Source of the DNA: an uncultured Pseudomonadota bacterium | Lineage (GTDB): Bacteria; Myxococcota_A; UBA796; SXON01 | Direction of reading: 5' to 3' | Assembly (NCBI GenBank): GCA_903959175.1 | Contig: CAJBVW010000449.1 | Span: 12,959-76,958, forward strand | DNA: 64,000 nt | Part shown: positions 54,724 to 64,000 of the stretch, in pieces | Position numbering within the stretch: the stretch's first letter is position 1 | How the letters are laid out: each line of letters starts with the position of its first letter | Made by a program: the position numbers and the translations under genes | Notes under the pieces: model-generated | The model's database searches: none | The model's input: the letters and a program-made list of their open reading frames with translations, nothing else | What the model was told of the DNA's origin: nothing

Positions 54724-57107
54724 TGATTCCCCCCGGCCGGGACGGCGCCCGCCTTCGGCATGGGCTTCGGCGCGGCGGGCGCGCTCGGGGTCGGCACACC
54801 GCCCTTCGCGGGGTCCTTCCCGGCCGCGGCGGCCTTCTGGGCCTCGATGCGGCGGTCGTTCGCGGCGTTCGCCGCCTTGAGCATGGCGAGCCCCTCTTCG
54901 CGCTTGCCCTCCTTCGCGAGGAGGTTGGCGTTGAGGAGGAGCGCGTCGGGGTCCTCGGGCGCGAGCTCGAGCACGCTGTCGAGCGCGTTGCGCGCGCCGT
55001 CATACTCGCCCAGGTTGAAGAGGCACTGCGCGAGCGCGCGGAGCGGGCCGGGCTGATCGGGGCTGGCCCGCGCGAGGAACGCGATGTGGTCGCGCTGATC
55101 GAGCCAGCGCTGGTCCTCGGCGTACATGCGCGAGAGCATCTGTCGCGCATTCCGGTTGCCGGGGTAGTCCGCCACCTCGCCCTCGAGGAGGTTGTAGGCG
55201 TCCGCGCGGGCCCCCGCGCTGAGCGCCATGATCGCGAGCTGGGAGCGCGCGGCGCGGCGCGGGTTCGGCCCGCTCACGGCGAGGCGGAGGTAGCGCTCGG
55301 CGTTCGGGAAGTCCTTCACGACGAGGGACTCGCGCCCGAGGATCGCGGCGACGCCGTAGTTCTTGGGGTCGGCCGCGAGGGCGGCCGCGGCCTCCTTCAT
55401 GCCGTCCTCCTTCCGGCCGAGCCGGAAGAGGGCCTCGACCACGGCCTCGCGCGCGCCGGCGTCGAGGGGATCGGCCTCGACGGCCTTGCGGGCGTAGGTG
55501 AGCGCCTGCTCGCCGTCCTGGTCCTGCATCGCCATCGTCGCGAGCATGAGCCACACGCGCGAGCGCGTCGGGAACATCGCCGAGGTCTCCTCCGCGAACA
55601 CCCGCGCTTCCTCGCGCCGCTCGAGCCGCGCCAGGAGCGAGAGCCGGCGCATACGGATCTCGAACGCGTCCGGCTTCTTGGCCAGGAGCGCGTCGACCTC
55701 GGCGAGGAGCTGCTCGGGGGTGCTGCCGTCGCCCTTGCCCTGCTCGAAGCGCGCGGCGAACTTCAGGATCTCCGGGTAGTCCTTCGCGTCGGGGAGCGTG
55801 AGGGGGTCGATGTCGTCCCCCCCGCCGGTGACGTACCCGAGGGCGGCGAGCTGCGCGACGGTCTCGGCGTCCATCGCGGCGCGGGTGGCGCTCGGGGGAG
55901 CGGCGCCGAGCGCGGCGAGCTTCTCCTGGAGGCGCTTCACGTCGTCGGGGCGGCTCTCGGCGAGGTTGGTCGTCTCGCCGGGGTCGGCGTCGAGGTCGTA
56001 GAGCTCGGGCTTGGGGGTCGCGATGAGCTTGAGCCGGCCGTCCACTAGGGTGCGGTGGGGTGCGAGCCGGAAGCGATCCGCGAGGAGGTAGCTCTCGGAG
56101 TACGGCGTGACCGGGGTGCCCGGCTGGGGCTTGCCGTCGAGCCCGTCGGGCACCGGCACGGAGAGCATCTTGAGGAGGGTCGGCGTGAGGTCGCCGGTGC
56201 TCACCGGCGCCGTGACGACGCCCGCTGGCACGCCCGCGCCCGAGACGATCCAGGGGACGTGCTGCGTGGCGTCGTAGGTGAAGAGCCCGTGCGACACCTC
56301 GTCGTGCTCGCCGAGCGACTCGCCGTGGTCCCCGATGAGGGCCCAGAGCACGTTGCGGCCCTCGAAGGCCTCGACGAGGCGGCCGACCTGGTCGTCGACG
56401 TAGGCGAGCTCGGCGTCGTAGGGGCGGTCCTTCATCGACTCGGCGTAGGCCCCGCGCGCGACGTAGGGGTAGTGCGCGTCGTAGAGGTGCACCCAGAGGA
56501 ACACCGGCTGATCCTCGGGCTGTCCGGCGAGCCAGTTCAGCGCGTCGTCCACGACGAGGTCGCCGGAGCGCTCGTTGTGCCAGTAGTTCTTGTCCTTGCT
56601 CCCTGGCTCCGGCTCGGGCATCGAGTCGAAGTAGGCCCCGAAGCCCTGGGAGAAGCCCCACTGCCGCGTGGTCACGAACGCCGCGACGCTCGCCGCGGTG
56701 GCCCACCCCTGCCCGCGGAGGATCTCCGCGAGGGTGGTGAACTCGGGCGCGAGCACGTTGTCGCCGTTGCCGCGCACGTTGTGGTGGAAGGGCAGCAGGC
56801 CGGTGAACATCGTCGCGTGCGCGGGGATGGTGAGCGGGAGCGGCGAATAGGCGTGCTCGAACCGGATGCCCTGGTTGGCGAGGCGGTCGATCGTGTCGGT
56901 CTGCGCGCCCTTGTAGCCGTACGCGCCGAGGCGATCCGCGCGCGTGGTGTCGAGGGTGACCACGACGACATCCGGCTTTGCTCCTTTGAGCACCGGGGTC
57001 GTCGTGATCTGCGTGGCTCCGCCCGAGCAGGCGGCGAGGAGGTGGAGGAGCAAAGCGGACCCCGAGCGGCCGGCACCGTAGCGCCGCATTTCGAGCGCAG
57101 CAAGCAA
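54720..57107 (-). CDS. sulfatase-like (alkaline-phosphatase superfamily) hydrolase/transferase fused to C-terminal TPR repeats; lipoprotein
   Basis: Lipobox LLAAC, VVVTLDTTRADRLGAYGY metal site, LPLTIPAHATMFTG at the nucleophile position (Thr, not Cys/Ser-x-P-x-R), GDHGE. About 350 aa of TPR follow. Confidence 0.85.
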   Translation of the reverse strand: MLAALEMRRYGAGRSGSALLLHLLAACSGGATQITTTPVLKGAKPDVVVVTLDTTRADRLGAYGYKGAQTDTIDRLANQGIRFEHAYSPLPLTIPAHATMFTGLLPFHHNVRGNGDNVLAPEFTTLAEILRGQGWATAASVAAFVTTRQWGFSQGFGAYFDSMPEPEPGSKDKNYWHNERSGDLVVDDALNWLAGQPEDQPVFLWVHLYDAHYPYVARGAYAESMKDRPYDAELAYVDDQVGRLVEAFEGRNVLWALIGDHGESLGEHDEVSHGLFTYDATQHVPWIVSGAGVPAGVVTAPVSTGDLTPTLLKMLSVPVPDGLDGKPQPGTPVTPYSESYLLADRFRLAPHRTLVDGRLKLIATPKPELYDLDADPGETTNLAESRPDDVKRLQEKLAALGAAPPSATRAAMDAETVAQLAALGYVTGGGDDIDPLTLPDAKDYPEILKFAARFEQGKGDGSTPEQLLAEVDALLAKKPDAFEIRMRRLSLLARLERREEARVFAEETSAMFPTRSRVWLMLATMAMQDQDGEQALTYARKAVEADPLDAGAREAVVEALFRLGRKEDGMKEAAAALAADPKNYGVAAILGRESLVVKDFPNAERYLRLAVSGPNPRRAARSQLAIMALSAGARADAYNLLEGEVADYPGNRNARQMLSRMYAEDQRWLDQRDHIAFLARASPDQPGPLRALAQCLFNLGEYDGARNALDSVLELAPEDPDALLLNANLLAKEGKREEGLAMLKAANAANDRRIEAQKAAAAGKDPAKGGVPTPSAPAAPKPMPKAGAVPAGGNQ

Positions 57108-57148
57108 AGGTCTGTCACCCGGCGAGGCCGGCGGTTAGGACGCCCGCC

Positions 57149-57859
57149 ATGCTGCTCCTCGCCGCCCTGGCCGCCTCGGAGACCGCCCGCGCGGCGCCGC
57201 TGGCCCCTACCGGGCTCGGCACCGCCCCCCACAGCACGCCCGGGGTCGAAGTGTCGGCCTACACCGGCGTCGAGCGCGCGTGGCTCCGCGAGTCCGCCTG
57301 CTCCGGGGCCGCATGCGACGCCCTCCGGGTGGACCTCGTGACCGGCGCCGAGGTCGGCGTCGCGCTCGCGCGCCCGGTCGGCCTCTACGCCCACGCCGCC
57401 TACGTCTCAGAGGAGATGGACGCCGCCCTCTACGCCGCGCCCGGCTACGCGGCGGGCGGGGGCCTGCGCTTCACTCTCCCCCTGCGCCCGCTCCTCGCGG
57501 TGCACGCGTGGGCCGGCGTCGAGCACCAGCTCACCGCCACGGAGGACCTCTCCGAGCGCGTCAGCTCCTGGGCGGTCGACGGCGGCGCCACCCTCCGCGG
57601 GGGGGACGCCGCCAACGGCTTCGTCGGCTGGATCGGCCTCGGCGTCGTGCCCTGGTCCTCCACCCCCGCCGTCGTGCTCGACGGGGACGTGACCCTCGCG
57701 CTCGACGCCCGCATCCCCGTCGAGGGCGTCGCCGGCGTCATGCTCGTCTCCGAGCCCCTCTTCGGGCCGTGGAACGACCGCACGCGCCTCGGCGCCGGCG
57801 TCTCCGCGAGCGCCGGTTACCGCACGGGCGTCACCGGGTTCGTCAGCGTCCTGCACTGA
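57149..57859 (+). CDS. secreted hypothetical protein, possibly a small beta-barrel
   Basis: Short signal MLLLAALAASETARA. Gly/Ala/Val-rich sequence with alternating pattern, ending with aromatic/hydrophobic FVSVLH. High GC3. Confidence 0.55.
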   Translation: MLLLAALAASETARAAPLAPTGLGTAPHSTPGVEVSAYTGVERAWLRESACSGAACDALRVDLVTGAEVGVALARPVGLYAHAAYVSEEMDAALYAAPGYAAGGGLRFTLPLRPLLAVHAWAGVEHQLTATEDLSERVSSWAVDGGATLRGGDAANGFVGWIGLGVVPWSSTPAVVLDGDVTLALDARIPVEGVAGVMLVSEPLFGPWNDRTRLGAGVSASAGYRTGVTGFVSVLH

Positions 57860-57870
57860 CGGTCACGCTC

Positions 57871-61006
<3,136 letters not shown>

Positions 61007-61097
61007 TCTCCCCTCCCCCCGCGCCCGCACTCCCCCGCGGGCCCCCTGAACGTCGCCCTCCCCAGGTGACGCCCCTCCCCACCCCGATCCCCCCCAC

Positions 61098-62249
61098 ATG
61101 CCGCTCGATCTCGGCTCGCTCCGGAGCCAATCCATCGCCGAGCTGATCCAGACGGCGCGCACCTGCAACATCGAGAACGCGTCGAGCCTCAAGAAGCAGG
61201 ACCTCGTCGCGGCCATCCTCCGTGAGACGGGAGGCGTCACCTCAGACGGCTCCGGCGTCCTCGAGATCCTCCCGGACGGCTTCGGTTTCCTGCGCGCGCC
61301 CGAGTACAGCTTCCACCCCGGCTCGGACGACGTCTACGTCTCCCCGTCGCAGATCCGCCGCTTCAACCTCCGCACCGGCGATCTCGTCGGCGGCCAGGTC
61401 CGCGCGCCCAAAGAGAACGAGCGCTACTTCGCGCTCATCAAGGTGGAGCGCGTCAACGGCGATCCCCCCGAGTCCGCCCGGGAGAAGGTCCTCTTCGAGA
61501 ACCTCACCGCCGTGTGGCCCCGCCGCCGCCTCCTCCTGGCGGACCCCTCCCTGCGCATGCTCTCGGCCTGCGCGCCCGTCGGCTTCGGCCAGCGCGCGCT
61601 CGTCGTGGGCTCGCCGCGCTCGGGCCGCTCCACGCTGCTGACCCGCCTCGCGCGGGACATCGCCGCGACCCACCCCGACGTCGCCCTGTTCGTCGTGCTC
61701 GTCGCCGAGCGCCCCGAAGAGGTGACCGAGGCCGAGCGCACGGTGCCCGGCGTCGTGCTCGCCAGCACCTTCGACGAGCCCGACACCCGCCACATGCAGG
61801 TCGCCGAGATGGCGATCGAGCGCGCGAAGCGCCTCGTCGAGCACCGTCGGGACGTCGTCGTGCTCTTCGACTCGCTCGACCGCTACGCCCTCGCCACCGG
61901 CGCGCCCCCCGACGGGCTCGACGCCACCGCCCTGCTGCGCGTGCGCCGCGTGTTCGGCGCCGCCCGCGAGTGCGAGGAGGGCGGCTCCTGCACCCTCTTC
62001 GCCACGGCCGACACCGGGGGCGCCGTCGCCGCCGCCCTGCGGGACGCCGCCACCTGCGAGATCCGCCTCGACGGCGAGCTCGCCCGCCGCGGCGTCTGGC
62101 CCGCCCTCGCCCTCGAGGAGACCGGCACCCTCCGCGCCGAGCGCCTCCAGACCCCGGACGACGCTGCCCTCACCGAACGCCTCCGCCGCGCCGGCTCTGC
62201 GGATGCTGCGCGCGCGTTGCTTGACAAGGCGGCGGCGGCGGGTGAATAA
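61098..62249 (+). CDS. rho: Rho-like transcription termination factor homolog with a degenerate ATPase domain
   Basis: N-terminal LEILPDGFGFLR...VYVSPSQIRRFNLRTGD...ERYFALIKV closely matches Rho. The motor domain has GSPRSGRS in place of PPKAGKT and shortened or altered Q/R-loop regions. 383 aa. It sits upstream of rpmE-prfA-prmC. Confidence 0.8.
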   Translation: MPLDLGSLRSQSIAELIQTARTCNIENASSLKKQDLVAAILRETGGVTSDGSGVLEILPDGFGFLRAPEYSFHPGSDDVYVSPSQIRRFNLRTGDLVGGQVRAPKENERYFALIKVERVNGDPPESAREKVLFENLTAVWPRRRLLLADPSLRMLSACAPVGFGQRALVVGSPRSGRSTLLTRLARDIAATHPDVALFVVLVAERPEEVTEAERTVPGVVLASTFDEPDTRHMQVAEMAIERAKRLVEHRRDVVVLFDSLDRYALATGAPPDGLDATALLRVRRVFGAARECEEGGSCTLFATADTGGAVAAALRDAATCEIRLDGELARRGVWPALALEETGTLRAERLQTPDDAALTERLRRAGSADAARALLDKAAAAGE

Positions 62250-62298
62250 CGCGCCCCAAATTAGCTGACGTCGCGCGGGCCATCCCGCAGGAGATCAC

Positions 62299-62559
62299 AT
62301 GAAGGACGCAATCCACCCGAAGCTCAACCACGTCATCTTCGTGGACACGGGCGCCAACGCCGAGTTCGTCACGCGTTCGACCCTCTCGTCGAAGAACACG
62401 CGCGACATTGACGGCGTGTCTCACTACGTCGTGTCGGTCGACATCTCGTCGGCGTCGCACCCCTTCTACACCGGCAAGCAGCGCGCGCTGCAGGCCGAGG
62501 GGCGCGTCCAGCGCTTCAACAAGAAGTACAACCTCGCGACCACGCCCACGCCGGAATAG
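62299..62559 (+). CDS. rpmE: 50S ribosomal protein L31, type B (Cys-free)
   Basis: MKDAIHPKLNHVIF...SSASHPFYTGKQR...GRVQRFNKKY. No Cys residues. RBS CAGGAG. Confidence 0.9.
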   Translation: MKDAIHPKLNHVIFVDTGANAEFVTRSTLSSKNTRDIDGVSHYVVSVDISSASHPFYTGKQRALQAEGRVQRFNKKYNLATTPTPE

Positions 62560-62815
62560 CGTCGCGGGTCCGCGCCGGGTGGCTGCGGGCTGCGTGTACG
62601 CAACCCTGTCGGGGCCCGGCACTTCGACCTCCCGTCGCCCAACGGCTGATGAGCCGGGCACGGGCGGTCGACCGGTCGTACCCCGTCCTGTAGGTGCGCC
62701 CGGAGTCCTCTCCCGGCCGCCCCGTCCTGCCTGCGGGTGGCCCTGATCGCCCCTGCACGCGCGGCCCCTCCGTTCCTCCGGGAGCGAGCCTTCCGCGCAC
62801 ACCCGAAGGCCCGCC

Positions 62816-63906
<1,091 letters not shown>

Positions 63907-63910
<4 letters not shown>

Positions 63911-64000
63911 AGCCCCTCGTCGAGGTCCTCACCACCACCACCGCGTGGTTCAAGGAGCGCGGCATCCCCTCCGCGCGCCTCGACGCCGAGCTGCTCCTCG
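63907..64000 (+). CDS. prmC: release-factor glutamine methyltransferase PrmC/HemK, 5' fragment (runs off the right edge)
   Basis: The GTG overlaps the prfA stop (GTGA). VKPLVEVLTTTTAWFKERGIPSARLDAELLL resembles the HemK N-terminus, and the position after prfA is canonical. Confidence 0.7.

Overview
The window is very GC-rich (roughly 70% by eye) and densely coding. I support about 55 CDSs and recognised no rRNA, tRNA, CRISPR array, transposase or integrase. A MYXO-CTERM tail, (Asp-Thr)n lipoprotein linkers and a Myxococcus-type SOS box point to a myxobacterial (Myxococcales-like) chromosome. Housekeeping anchors are lexA, murJ, ligA, a rho-like gene, rpmE, prfA and the 5' end of prmC. Other content: a translationally coupled acyl-CoA catabolic operon; a seven-gene MoxR/DUF58/BatA/DUF4159/DUF4175-type cluster; a roughly 1700-aa FG-GAP/MopE-repeat MYXO-CTERM surface protein; a TetR-led four-gene operon; an ALDH7-type dehydrogenase; and an orphan Flp pilin behind a perfect sigma-54 promoter. 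The best candidates for undescribed biology are: (1) a minimal NACHT-type NTPase fused to a non-catalytic FGE/sulfatase-modifying domain and coupled to an alpha/beta hydrolase; (2) two tandem paralogous lipoproteins ending in a (TAC)n-encoded poly-tyrosine tail; (3) a rho homolog at the canonical locus with a conserved RNA-binding domain but a degenerate ATPase motor; (4) a MurJ with an extra 116-aa tail coupled to a methyltransferase and a B12-radical-SAM enzyme; (5) the MoxR cluster with an embedded HExxH peptidase, possibly read through from lexA. All functional calls rest on motif recognition by eye and reading-frame arithmetic against the ORF track. No database search was run. The many long antisense ORFs in the track are treated as GC artefacts.
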